Origin: Acidimicrobiia bacterium
Lineage (GTDB): Bacteria; Actinomycetota; Acidimicrobiia; Spongiisociales; ZC4RG35
Reading direction: 5' to 3'
DNA length: 64,000 nt
NCBI GenBank assembly: GCA_965203555.1
Contig: CBDBCY010000004.1
Coordinates: 832,001-896,000, forward strand
Each line of letters starts with the position of its first letter. Positions within the stretch are counted from its first letter, which is position 1. The position numbers and the translations under genes were made by a program. A model generated the notes under the pieces. It saw nothing but the letters and a program-made list of their open reading frames with translations. It was not told the origin of the DNA and did not search any database. Positions 18,919-28,381 of the stretch are shown here, piece after piece.

Positions 18919-20966
18919 TGCTCTCCTTCTCCGGAACCCTGGCGGTGTGGGCGGCGCTGTTCGGCGCGGCCTGGCTGACATTGACGGCTTGGCAGGCGGC
19001 CAGGCGGCGCTCTTTCTCCGTAGCCGTTCTCCGTAGGCCGATGCTGACCATGGTCCTGGCTGCCGTGGCCGCCATGGTGGTCCTGCTCGCCGCCCTGCTG
19101 GCCAACGATTTCACTGTCTCCTACGTGGCGAACCACCATTCCCGACATACCCCTTTTCCCTTCAACATCGCCACTGCCTGGGCGGCTCTGGAGGGCTCTA
19201 TAGTGCTCTGGGGGCTGGTGCTGGCCGGTTATGCCTACTTCGTCTGGCGACGAGCCACCACCAGAAGTGGGCAGCCGGACGCCTTGGACTGGGGCGCCCT
19301 GGCTGCTATCGCAGCGGTGGGGGTGTTCTTCTTCGGATTGATGGCTACGGTGGGCAATCCCTTCGAGGTGTGCGTGGAGGCCACCTCCCGCTCCTGCGCC
19401 GTCTCCAGCGCCATACCCTTCTCCCCGGCGGTGGGGCCTGCTGACGGCGCCGGCCCCAACCCGCTCTTGCAGAACCATATCTTGATGGCTATTCACCCAC
19501 CGCTTCTCTACCTGGGCTACGTGGGAATGACCGTTCCCTTCGCCTATGGCGTCGCCGCCCTGGCCCTGCGCCGACCCGGTTCGGAGTGGCTGCGCCGAAG
19601 CGGCATGTGGACCAGGATCAGCTGGGTGTTTCTCACCGCCGGCATCACCCTGGGCGCCTGGTGGGCTTACGAGGTGTTGGGCTGGGGAGGGTATTGGGCG
19701 TGGGACCCGGTGGAGAACGCCTCTTTCATGCCCTGGCTGGTCGCCACCGCCTTCCTGCATTCCTCCCTGGTGCAGGAGCGCAGAGGAATGTTGGAGGCGT
19801 GGAATTTCGTGCTGGTGATCGGAACCTTCTCCTTGACCATCCTCGGCACTTTCCTTACCCGTTCCGGAGTGATCGCTTCGGTCCATTCCTTCACCCAGTC
19901 GGCGATCGGCCCGGCGCTTTTGGGATTCCTGGTGGTGGTGGTGGTGGGCTCGTTCACTTTGTTCGCGGCGCGCGCCCAGTTGATCTCCTCACCTCCCCGG
20001 TTGGAGTCCCTTTCCAGTCGGGAGGGGAGTTTCCTGCTCAACAACCTGCTCTTGACTGTGTATGCAATGGTGGTGCTGACCGGCACCATCTATCCGCTGG
20101 TGCTGGAAGCCTTCACCGGTTCTGAGGTGGGAGTGGGGAGGCCCTTCTTTGATCGTCTGGCCGTTCCCATCAGCTTTGCCCTGTTGCTGGCGATGGGTTT
20201 GGGACCCGCCCTCCCCTGGCGGGTGGCCCGGCCCAAAATAGTGTGGCCCCGGATACATCTTCCCCTCCAAGTGGCGTTGGGAGTCGCAGCGGTGGTGGTG
20301 ATGACCGCCACCGCGATCGGCTATGTGGTGCTGGCGGTGCTGGCGGGCAGCTGGGTGGTGGCGGTGGCTGCCTATCGCCTCTGGGCCCAGGCCCGTCGGA
20401 TCGCCGGATCCAGAGGAACGGCGGTTCACAGGCAGTTGGGAAGAGTCGTCCGGTCCGATCGAGGGTTCTGGGGAGGCCAGGTGGCTCACGCCGGGGTGGC
20501 GTTGGCGGCGGTGGCCATCGCCACCACCGCCAACCTGGGGCAAACCCTGGACCGGGTGGAGCTGACGCCCGGGGACCGGGTCGAGTTTGCCGGGTACCAG
20601 TTGCTCCACACCGGCGTGGACACTGCCAGGACGCCAAACCGTCTCACCAGTTCCGCCGCCGTGCAGGTCTGGAAGGACGACGCATTGCAGGGACTGGCGA
20701 GACCTTCCCTGAGCCAATTCGAGACCTCGGCTCTGCCGATTGCCACTCCCGGGATACATCGCACCTTCAAAGAGGACCTCTACCTGAGCCTGACCCGCAT
20801 CGACGAGCAGGGCATCACCCTGCGGGCGGCCACCGCTCCCCTCCAATGGGTGCTGTGGGTGGGCGGCCTGCTCTGCGCGGCGGGAGGTCTCTATTCGCTG
20901 GTGGGACGGAACCGTCGCCGGTCCGCCTCCCCGGCCCGGATGAAGGGACCCCGCCCGCGTGGATGA
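18918..20966 (+). CDS. ccmF: Heme lyase CcmF
   Basis: NDFTVSYVA, WAALEGS, NPLLQN, IHPPLLYLGY, WAYEVLGWGGYWAWDPVENASFMPW, SVHSF. Confidence 0.96.
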   Translation: MLSFSGTLAVWAALFGAAWLTLTAWQAARRRSFSVAVLRRPMLTMVLAAVAAMVVLLAALLANDFTVSYVANHHSRHTPFPFNIATAWAALEGSIVLWGLVLAGYAYFVWRRATTRSGQPDALDWGALAAIAAVGVFFFGLMATVGNPFEVCVEATSRSCAVSSAIPFSPAVGPADGAGPNPLLQNHILMAIHPPLLYLGYVGMTVPFAYGVAALALRRPGSEWLRRSGMWTRISWVFLTAGITLGAWWAYEVLGWGGYWAWDPVENASFMPWLVATAFLHSSLVQERRGMLEAWNFVLVIGTFSLTILGTFLTRSGVIASVHSFTQSAIGPALLGFLVVVVVGSFTLFAARAQLISSPPRLESLSSREGSFLLNNLLLTVYAMVVLTGTIYPLVLEAFTGSEVGVGRPFFDRLAVPISFALLLAMGLGPALPWRVARPKIVWPRIHLPLQVALGVAAVVVMTATAIGYVVLAVLAGSWVVAVAAYRLWAQARRIAGSRGTAVHRQLGRVVRSDRGFWGGQVAHAGVALAAVAIATTANLGQTLDRVELTPGDRVEFAGYQLLHTGVDTARTPNRLTSSAAVQVWKDDALQGLARPSLSQFETSALPIATPGIHRTFKEDLYLSLTRIDEQGITLRAATAPLQWVLWVGGLLCAAGGLYSLVGRNRRRSASPARMKGPRPRG

Positions 20967-21393
20967 CCAACCGACCGTCAAGCGGCGTCTCCGGCGGCTC
21001 TCCCCCCTGGTCACGGTAGGGCTGGGGATCTTCATACTGGTCTCGGTCGTAAACGCCGACCCTATAGCTCAAGACCGTTCCGAGCGCCTGGGAAAACAGG
21101 TGCGCTGCCCGGCCTGCGAAGGGGAATCCATAGCCGAGTCGCCCAGTTCCTACGCAGCCGACATGATGACCTACGTGCGTGAACTGATAGACGGGGGGCT
21201 GTCCGACCGGCAAGTCTTGGACCGGTTGATGGCGTCATACCCGGATTCCCAGTTACTCGATCCTCCGCTGAGAGCCGGCACTGTTCTGTTGTGGCTTGTT
21301 CCCGCCGCCGCCTTGCTGGCCGGTGCGGGCCTGGCCGTATCCCGCCTCCGCAGGCGGCCGATCTTCTGGCCGGATGGAGATCCCGGTGAGTGA
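20959..21393 (+). CDS. ccmH: CcmH N-terminal domain protein
   Basis: VRCPACEGESIAES, LLDPP, LLWLVP. Confidence 0.9.
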   Translation: MDDQPTVKRRLRRLSPLVTVGLGIFILVSVVNADPIAQDRSERLGKQVRCPACEGESIAESPSSYAADMMTYVRELIDGGLSDRQVLDRLMASYPDSQLLDPPLRAGTVLLWLVPAAALLAGAGLAVSRLRRRPIFWPDGDPGE

Positions 21394-22174
21394 GGAATCC
21401 AAGTGGCAGCGGCGATTCGACCAGGCCTCCCGGGATCTGGAAGAGTTGGAACTGCAGCTCGCCCAGGGTGAGATACCCGCGTCAACCGGTAGGAGACTGC
21501 AAGAGACATACCGGGAGGAGATGGAGGAGGCCCGGCGCGGCATTGGGGATGCAACACCAGGAGTGGACCCCGACTCGGCGCCTGCCGGGGAGGACGTCCG
21601 GTCCACGGGATTCTGGAACCAGGGAAGGATCTTGGTGGCGGTCATTCTGGCGGCCGCCGCCTTGGCGTTGGTGGTTTCAGTGGGTTGGTTCGCCCGGCCC
21701 GAACAGCAGGTCGCTTCCGACCAGGAGTTCGATCCGTCCAGTTATTCCAACGAGACCATGGAGGCGGTGATCGCCGCCAACGCCGATCACCCCCGGATAA
21801 ACGGGATGCGCCTGGCCCTGGCAGCGCGGTATTTCCAGGCGGGAGAATTCTCGGGCGCCTTTGCCCATTACCGGGAAGTATTGGAACGCGACCCGCTCCC
21901 CGGCGAGGAGGCCGAGGCTTTGAGACGCCTGGGTTGGATGGCCTGGGCGGGTTCGGGAGAAGTTCAGTTGGCCGTCGAGACCCTGGACCGGTCCCTGGTC
22001 GTGGTCCCAAACCACCCCCAGACCCTCTATTTCAAGGCCATTGTCCTCTGGTGCGGCGCCGGACAGCATCAGGAGGCTGTTCCGCTATTGGAACGAGTTG
22101 TCGAAGCTCTGCCCGCCGAGACCGAAGTCGTCGCCGAACTGGCCGCCGCCCGGGAGGGAGAAACGTGTCGGTGA
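21386..22174 (+). CDS. CcmI/CycH-like TPR protein
   Basis: DLEELELQLAQGEI segment, one TM, TPR-like helices; operon position. Confidence 0.75.
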   Translation: MSEESKWQRRFDQASRDLEELELQLAQGEIPASTGRRLQETYREEMEEARRGIGDATPGVDPDSAPAGEDVRSTGFWNQGRILVAVILAAAALALVVSVGWFARPEQQVASDQEFDPSSYSNETMEAVIAANADHPRINGMRLALAARYFQAGEFSGAFAHYREVLERDPLPGEEAEALRRLGWMAWAGSGEVQLAVETLDRSLVVVPNHPQTLYFKAIVLWCGAGQHQEAVPLLERVVEALPAETEVVAELAAAREGETCR

Positions 22175-22725
22175 GTTACAAGCCCGGCCGGGCGGTGATG
22201 GCTCTTGCGGCACTGGTGGTGGTCTCGACTGCGGTTGTCGCCGGGGTTTTTGCCTCCCGACTCTCAAACGACCCCCTATCAACCCCCTCACCGCTGATCG
22301 GCAGGCAGTCACCCATCTTGACCCTTCCGTTCCTGGACGGATCGGGGGAACTCGCCATCCCGGATCCCGAGGCCGAGGTGACCATCATCAACTTCTTTGC
22401 ATCCTGGTGCCTGGAGTGCCGGGTGGAGCATGCCGATCTGATGGCGGTGGCCGATGCCTTCTCCGGGGCGGGAGTCCGACTGGTCCAGATCGCCTACCAG
22501 GATCGCACCACAGACGCCATCGCCTTCGTCAACGAGATGGGAGTTTCACCCCTGGTCGGCTACGTTTCCGACCCCGGCAGTCGCGCAGCCATCTCATTCG
22601 GGGTTTTCGGGGTGCCGGAGACTTACGTCATCGGACCGGACGGCACGGTTACGGAAAGGATCACCGGACCGACCACCGCCCTGCAGTTGGGTGAACAGAT
22701 AGACCGCGTGCTGGGCGCCGGGTAG
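22171..22725 (+). CDS. ccmG: CcmG/DsbE thiol-disulfide oxidoreductase
   Basis: SPLIG, INFFASWCLECRVEH, GVFGVPETYVI. Confidence 0.88.
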   Translation: MSYKPGRAVMALAALVVVSTAVVAGVFASRLSNDPLSTPSPLIGRQSPILTLPFLDGSGELAIPDPEAEVTIINFFASWCLECRVEHADLMAVADAFSGAGVRLVQIAYQDRTTDAIAFVNEMGVSPLVGYVSDPGSRAAISFGVFGVPETYVIGPDGTVTERITGPTTALQLGEQIDRVLGAG

Positions 22726-22748
22726 CCGGTGAACCAGGCAACCGTTCC

Positions 22749-24143
22749 CTACGGGATCAACTCGAATAGCACTCCCGGCGGTGGGGCCTGGGTCAGGTCT
22801 CTGCCGCCCACGCCCATCAGGTGGCGGTCAAAAAACGAGACCAGGTAACGGTCGACGATGGCAAAGACCTGAGCCGCGGGCATGGAACCTCGCAACCCGA
22901 ACCAACCTCCCACCGGGGAGATCGCCGGCGCCGCGGTCAGATCGCTGTGTACGGTGTTTTCGATCCCAATCCAGTAGGTGCGCCGGTTGCTGCGTTCCAC
23001 CAGACCCCTCAGCACCCCGTCATTCTCCAGTTCTCGCCAAGGGTCGGACCGAATGAACATGGAAGGCACATCCAGTTCTGTCGAGAGTTCCGAGGCGGTG
23101 ATCGGCTCGACCCACCCGTCCAGGGAGGCCACAACCCGACACCTGGTATCTACCAGACAGGTCCTGACTGCCGCTCCTCCGCCGAGAGAGTGACCGTAGA
23201 TTCCCAGGCGTTCCATATCTGCAATCCCCGCCAATGATCCGAATGGTCCGCTCACCCCCTCTTCCAAGCCGGCGATGACCATCAAGAGATCATCAGAGTA
23301 GGTCTGCAGAATCCTTATCGCCGCTACTTCGAACGCATCATCGCCTACTTCGTCCAGATCGGGAAGCGCATCGGGATCCAATCCGACCACCTCCCCGTCC
23401 GGAAATACCGTGGCCACCGACCCGTAAGTGTGGTCGACTGATATGACCAGGTACCCGTGGCTGGCCAGGGACTCCATTTGGTGCACTGCCGCGTTGCGGA
23501 ACAGTCGCCATCCGTGTGAATAGAGAATGACCGGGATCTTTCCCTGATAGGGCAGGGCTTGCTCGTAACTGTGAGCGCCCGTATAGCGGGTGTGATCGAG
23601 AAGGAAGCCCGGGATGCCCAGGGTTTCGGCCAGAGCCGGTCCCACTACTTCCAAGTCCTCGATCCAGGGACTGAGCGGTTCGGCATCCCCTGATACTCGA
23701 CCGGGATACCAGACCTGCACCATCACTCGCCGGAATTCGCCAGGATTGGCCCCGTAGTCCTCGAGTCGATCATCGCTGCGGATCTCAAAGCTGCGGGTGG
23801 CAATCTGATAGGGTCCGGTCGGCGGAGGCATTTCCACGATGGGCAGGGCCCACAGCGGAATGATCACCAGCATGATTCCGACCACACCCAAGACCGCCCT
23901 GCGGATACGCTGGTAGGACTCCAGCCGTCTCTCACCGGCCAGCAGATCACCCAGTGCCATCCCGAGGGCCACTGCGTACAAACCCCACAGTTGCCACCGG
24001 AATCCCTCCACCAGAAACTGCATCGACCCACAGGCCGACAGCACCACCGCCACCACCCCTCTGGGGAGCCGCTTGCCCTCCAACGCCGGCCAGATGATGG
24101 CCAGTACACAGGTCCCGGTAAGCAGTACCTCCCAGAGTCTCAT
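22749..24143 (-). CDS. Membrane-anchored alpha/beta hydrolase (PAF-acetylhydrolase-like)
   Basis: EGFRWQ, PTGPY, MVQVWYP, YSHG, LASHGY, GHSLGG, LDGW, HSD. Confidence 0.88.
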   Translation of the reverse strand: MRLWEVLLTGTCVLAIIWPALEGKRLPRGVVAVVLSACGSMQFLVEGFRWQLWGLYAVALGMALGDLLAGERRLESYQRIRRAVLGVVGIMLVIIPLWALPIVEMPPPTGPYQIATRSFEIRSDDRLEDYGANPGEFRRVMVQVWYPGRVSGDAEPLSPWIEDLEVVGPALAETLGIPGFLLDHTRYTGAHSYEQALPYQGKIPVILYSHGWRLFRNAAVHQMESLASHGYLVISVDHTYGSVATVFPDGEVVGLDPDALPDLDEVGDDAFEVAAIRILQTYSDDLLMVIAGLEEGVSGPFGSLAGIADMERLGIYGHSLGGGAAVRTCLVDTRCRVVASLDGWVEPITASELSTELDVPSMFIRSDPWRELENDGVLRGLVERSNRRTYWIGIENTVHSDLTAAPAISPVGGWFGLRGSMPAAQVFAIVDRYLVSFFDRHLMGVGGRDLTQAPPPGVLFELIP

Positions 24144-24200
24144 GAAACCTCAGTCACGTCCGTTGGAACCAGGAACCGTGACGGACCGGTTACCGAGTGT

Positions 24201-25055
24201 TCAGCCCGATACGGAAAGCAGCTCTTCGATGGCGCTCCTCAGGGAAGATTCACCCTGAGCACCGAACAGCGTCTGGACAATGGTCTTGTCGGCGCCGACC
24301 AGAACGGTCACCGGCTGGTAACCGACTCCATAGGCCGAAAAGATCCGCTCCTCCTGGTCCAGGCCCCACTTCACTGCTCCGCTGGTCAAAAGCTGCCCGG
24401 CTCTTTGTGAGGTGTCCGACAGGCCGGCCTTCCAGGCCGGAGCCACGAATGCCACACGATCCTGGTACTCGGTCGCCAGTTGATCCACGACGGGCAACTC
24501 CCGTCGACAAGCCGGTCACCACTCGGCCCAAAACACCAGGTAGACAGGCCGCGGTTCGGCAGAAAGGGTGAAGGTTCCACCGTTTCCCAACTCCAAGGTG
24601 AAATCGGGTGCGCCTGGACGATCATGAGCCTCGGTCGTGGTGGTCGTGGGAGCAGCCGTAGAAGTGGTAGTGATCGCCCCAGTGGTTGTCGGGGGTTGGG
24701 TGGTGGGAGCGGCAGTCGTGGTGGCGACAGTGTCCTCGTCGGTCACAACCGCCACCGTGGTGGTGACGTCCGTGTCAACCTCCTCAGCCGCCGTCGTCTC
24801 TGCTGCCACCGTGTTCGTGGTTACCGCCCCGCTGGTCGGCGCCGGATCGTTGTCGCCCAAAGCGGGATCCTCAACCCCTGAAGAAGGTTCCTCCACCGGC
24901 TGGTCCAAGGTCGACTGGGTGGTTGGCGCGGCACCGGCGCTTTCGATCTGTGGGTCCGTATCTTCCGAACCACATGCGCTCCACACCAGTCCGCAAAGTA
25001 CCCAGACAGCCAACCTCACCCGGCCAGGGGGTTGGGAAGGCTTTGTGCGGCTCAT
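24201..25055 (-). CDS. Selenocysteine-containing redoxin (TlpA-like) lipoprotein, UPAC, 284 aa, Thr-rich linker
   Basis: ORFs 24516-25055 and 24201-24497 are in frame across a TGA at 24516-24518: FWAEW-U-PACRRELP...GYQPVT; lipobox WSAC. Confidence 0.9.
24488..24506 (-). promoter_or_regulatory. Bacterial SECIS-like hairpin
   Basis: CGACGGG-AGUUG-CCCGUCG; loop begins 16 nt after the UGA. Confidence 0.8.
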
Positions 25056-25651
25056 CAGGCGTCAGCCAACAGGGTGTCGAGGACCTCCCGGATCGCATCG
25101 GGGTTCCTGGCTCCGCGCCAAGTGGAGACCAGGGAGCCGTCGGCCGCGATGATCGCCCCGGCCGGCTGTCCTCCCACACCGTAGGCGGCGAAAACCTCCT
25201 GCTTTCCATCCAACCCCCACAGGACCTTCCCTGAAGGCAACAGACGATCTGCAACCTGGGTGGTATCTTCCAAACTCGACTTCCAGGCCGGCGCCACCAC
25301 CACGACCCTCCCTTCGTATTCCCCGGCCAACTGGTCGAAAGCGGGCAACTCCCGCCTACAGGTAGGTCACCACTCAGCCCAAAAGATCATAAGGACCGGG
25401 GTGGTCTGGTCCGAAAGAGCGAACGTCCCGCCATCGGCCAACTGCAATGTGAAATCGGGCGCCGGCGGCCCGAGAAGTTCATCCGTGGTTGTCGGGGTCG
25501 TGGTTGCAACTGTGGTTTCGGGAGAGCTGGTCACCGCGGCGACGGCCTCCGCCGGTTCACTGCTGTCCGAACCCCCGCCCCCGCAGGAGGATACGACCAA
25601 ACCAATCAGCAACAATACGGCTGTCCAAGACCAGCGCCCGCCGCGATTCAT
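25055..25651 (-). CDS. Selenocysteine-containing redoxin (TlpA-like) lipoprotein, UPTC, 198 aa
   Basis: ORFs 25367-25651 and 25055-25348 are in frame across a TGA at 25367-25369: FWAEW-U-PTCRRELP...GGQPAG; lipobox VSSC; TGATG coupling to the next gene. Confidence 0.9.
25339..25357 (-). promoter_or_regulatory. Bacterial SECIS-like hairpin
   Basis: AGGCGGG-AGUUG-CCCGCUU; loop begins 16 nt after the UGA. Confidence 0.8.
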
Positions 25652-25738
25652 GTGAAAAAGTATAGGTGAAAGACGGTCTTTACACCGCGGGTGAAAGTGC
25701 TCACCGGATTTGCGCCGGTGGCGCCCGCCCTGGGTTCT

Positions 25739-26749
25739 TCACGTACTGCTGAGTTCGATTACCTGGTCGAGCACCTGTTCCGCCGCTCCCGAATCAATAG
25801 ACCTTGCCGCCATACGGGCCCCATCCGTCGCCGTTTCCGCCAACCCGGCCACCATCAGCGTCGCAGCCGCGTTGGCCACCGCCGCGTCCCGGCGGGGACC
25901 GACCTCACCGGCCAACACGGACCGGAGCATCATGGCGTTGCGGCGGGCGTCTCCTCCTATCAGTTCGGAAACATCAGAAGACGCCAGACCGAAGTCATCG
26001 GGGGTGAACACGATCGGTGTAACCTCGCCGCCCGCCAATTCGAAGCCCCTGGTGGGGCCTGAGACCGACACTTCATCCAACCCGTCGTCGGCATGGATCA
26101 CCAATGCCCGCTCCGTCCCGAGACGGGAAAGCACTCCGATCATCCGCTCCGCCATCCGGCTGTCGTAAACGCCGATCAGTTGACGAGTGGCGCCTGCCGG
26201 ATTGGTGAGCGGCCCCAGAAAATTGAAAACGGTGGGTATCCCCAATTGACGCCGGATCGGAACCACATACTTCATGGCCGGGTGGTACCGGGGAGCAAAG
26301 AAGAACCCGAATCCGGCCTCCCTAACCATCTCGGCGGTTTGTTCCGGCGCAAGTTCGATGCCCATTCCCAGGGCTTCCAATACATCCGCCGATCCGCACT
26401 TCGAGGAAGCCGACCGGTTTCCGTGCTTCGCCACTTTGGCACCGGCTCCCGCTGCGATCAGGGCGGCGGTAGTGGAGATGTTGAAAGTGCCGGAGCGATC
26501 TCCTCCGGTCCCGGCCGTGTCCACCACCGGCTCCCCTATCGATACCCTGACGCCCACGGCCCGCATGGTCTCGACCAGGCCGGCCATCTCATCGGTGGTT
26601 TCACCCTTGATTCGAAGCGAGACCAAAAAAGCAGACGTCTGAGCCGCGGTGGCCTGTCCGCTCATGATGTCATTCAGGGCCGCCCGGGCCTGCTCCCGGC
26701 TCAAGTCCTCCCCGGCCGTCAGCTTTCCGAGTACATCAGCCCAGTTCAT
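25739..26749 (-). CDS. trpD: Anthranilate phosphoribosyltransferase
   Basis: DTAGTGGD, TFNIST, AKHGNRSASSKCGSADVLE, FNFLGPLTNP, DGLDE. Confidence 0.96.
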   Translation of the reverse strand: MNWADVLGKLTAGEDLSREQARAALNDIMSGQATAAQTSAFLVSLRIKGETTDEMAGLVETMRAVGVRVSIGEPVVDTAGTGGDRSGTFNISTTAALIAAGAGAKVAKHGNRSASSKCGSADVLEALGMGIELAPEQTAEMVREAGFGFFFAPRYHPAMKYVVPIRRQLGIPTVFNFLGPLTNPAGATRQLIGVYDSRMAERMIGVLSRLGTERALVIHADDGLDEVSVSGPTRGFELAGGEVTPIVFTPDDFGLASSDVSELIGGDARRNAMMLRSVLAGEVGPRRDAAVANAAATLMVAGLAETATDGARMAARSIDSGAAEQVLDQVIELSST

Positions 26750-26763
26750 AGCCTGTTAGTCCC

Positions 26764-27396
26764 TCAGGCGTCGACCGAGTCGGTACGCGCCACCTTGGTA
26801 ACCAGCCAGGCCACAGCCCCGCCGACCAAAGGCGCCACGATGTACAGCCAGATGCCGCTCAGGTCGCCGGCCACCACCGCCGGGCCCAGCGATCGAGCCG
26901 GGTTTACCGAAGCCCCGGAGATGGGTATTCCTGCCAAATGGATAGCGACCAGCGCCAGTGAGATCACCACCCGGGCGTGGCTGAGACCCTGGCTTCCCAC
27001 CACCATGATCACCAACACAAAGGCGCCGGTTAGGATGATCTCGGCGCCGAAGGCGGGACCGGTGTCTCCGAAGGTGTTCATAGTGTCGGCTACGGCATCC
27101 GATCCCTTCATGGCCAGCACGGCCAGCGACGCCAGAACCGCACCGATGACCTGGGCGATCCAGTACCCGATCATGTCAGCGGTGCTGAGGGCGCCGCCCA
27201 ACCGCATCGCCAGGCTAACCGCGGGATTGAAGTGTCCTCCGGAAATGTGACCTACCGAATAAAGGGCGATGAGCAGCGCCAGTCCGAATCCGAATCCCAC
27301 GATCAGCAGGTTCCCACCTGAAGAGAGGGCAGCCATCGACCCTATTGCCACCAGAATGAAAGTGCCGATCAACTCGGCGATATACGACTGCTTCAT
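26764..27396 (-). CDS. Aquaporin (MIP family)
   Basis: SGGHFNPAVS and GASVNPARS; six TM segments. Confidence 0.94.
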   Translation of the reverse strand: MKQSYIAELIGTFILVAIGSMAALSSGGNLLIVGFGFGLALLIALYSVGHISGGHFNPAVSLAMRLGGALSTADMIGYWIAQVIGAVLASLAVLAMKGSDAVADTMNTFGDTGPAFGAEIILTGAFVLVIMVVGSQGLSHARVVISLALVAIHLAGIPISGASVNPARSLGPAVVAGDLSGIWLYIVAPLVGGAVAWLVTKVARTDSVDA

Positions 27397-27483
27397 ATTG
27401 TTCTCCTCCAGGCTATGCGATCAACATCGTAAAACTCTACCCTTCTCGGCTAACAGGATCCGGGTCATCGCTGAAACGGGAAG

Positions 27484-27879
27484 GTGACAAGCTTGAGAAT
27501 TCCTAGCGTCCGATTGCGAGCCTTGGTATTGGGCACGGCCGTGGGACTCCTGGCGGTGGCGTTCGTCACCCTCGTCGAGTGGTGGCTGGGCGCCCTGGGC
27601 TGGGAACTCTTCCCGGGTTTCGGCAGCGCAGACAGCCGGGGGGGCGGCGCCGTGGGGGGATTGGTGGCGGGGGTGCTGGTCGGCGGGTGGGTGTCAGGAC
27701 GGTCCGTCTCCCTGCAACAACGCTTCCACGGCTCCGTAACGGGGCTGGCAATAGTCGCAGTCCTGGTAATGCTGGCCGCCACCGGAGGCGCCAACGTCAC
27801 GATTTCCCAGGTGCTGCCGGCGGCATTGCTGGGAGTCGTCCTCGGCGGACTCACCGGATGGTGGGCCGGACGCCGATGA
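27484..27879 (+). CDS. Hypothetical four-TM membrane protein
   Basis: Gly-rich hydrophobic helices; ggaagg RBS. Confidence 0.6.
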   Translation: MTSLRIPSVRLRALVLGTAVGLLAVAFVTLVEWWLGALGWELFPGFGSADSRGGGAVGGLVAGVLVGGWVSGRSVSLQQRFHGSVTGLAIVAVLVMLAATGGANVTISQVLPAALLGVVLGGLTGWWAGRR

Positions 27880-27961
27880 ACAGAGCCCTGCGGAGACCGG
27901 GAGACTCGGCAGGTCAAACCGCTGGAAGGGCACCGGATTTGTGACATAACATACAAAGCAA

Positions 27962-28340
27962 AGAGCGAGTTCGCCGGGTGACCGCGGGCGTAGGGTAAAA
28001 CCGAGGCTTGAGGAAAGTCCGGACTCCACAGGGCAGGGTGCTGGGTAACGCCCAGGCGGGGCGACCCGACGGAAAGTGCCACAGAGAACAGACCGCCGAT
28101 GGCTCTTGACCAGAGAGCACAGGCAAAGGTGAAACGGTGGTGTAAGAGACCACCAGCGCGCCGGGTAACCGGGGCGGCTGGTAAACCCCACCCGGAGCAA
28201 GGCTAAGCAGGGACGCGGCGGCCCATCGAATCGTCCCGGGTGAGCCGCACGAGGTCGCCGGCGACGGCGATCCCAGATGGATGGTCACCGGGGGCCGGAA
28301 ACGGTCCCCACAGAATCCGGCTTACAGGCGAACTCGTTCT
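27962..28340 (+). ncRNA. rnpB: RNase P RNA, class A
   Basis: GAGGAAAGTCCGGACTCC, AGTGCCACAGA, GGTGAAACGG, GGTAAACCCC, ACAGAATCCGGCTTA; P1 GAGCGAGTTCGCC/GGCGAACTCGTTC. Confidence 0.97.
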
Positions 28341-28381
28341 CATCCTGTTTTCGAACCGGTGACCGAGACCTGCCATTCCTT

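Noticed and set aside
24201-25651. Four short genes or two nonsense pseudogenes
   Set aside because: Both TGAs fall on the catalytic Cys position and are followed by conserved hairpins; Sec recoding explains this better.
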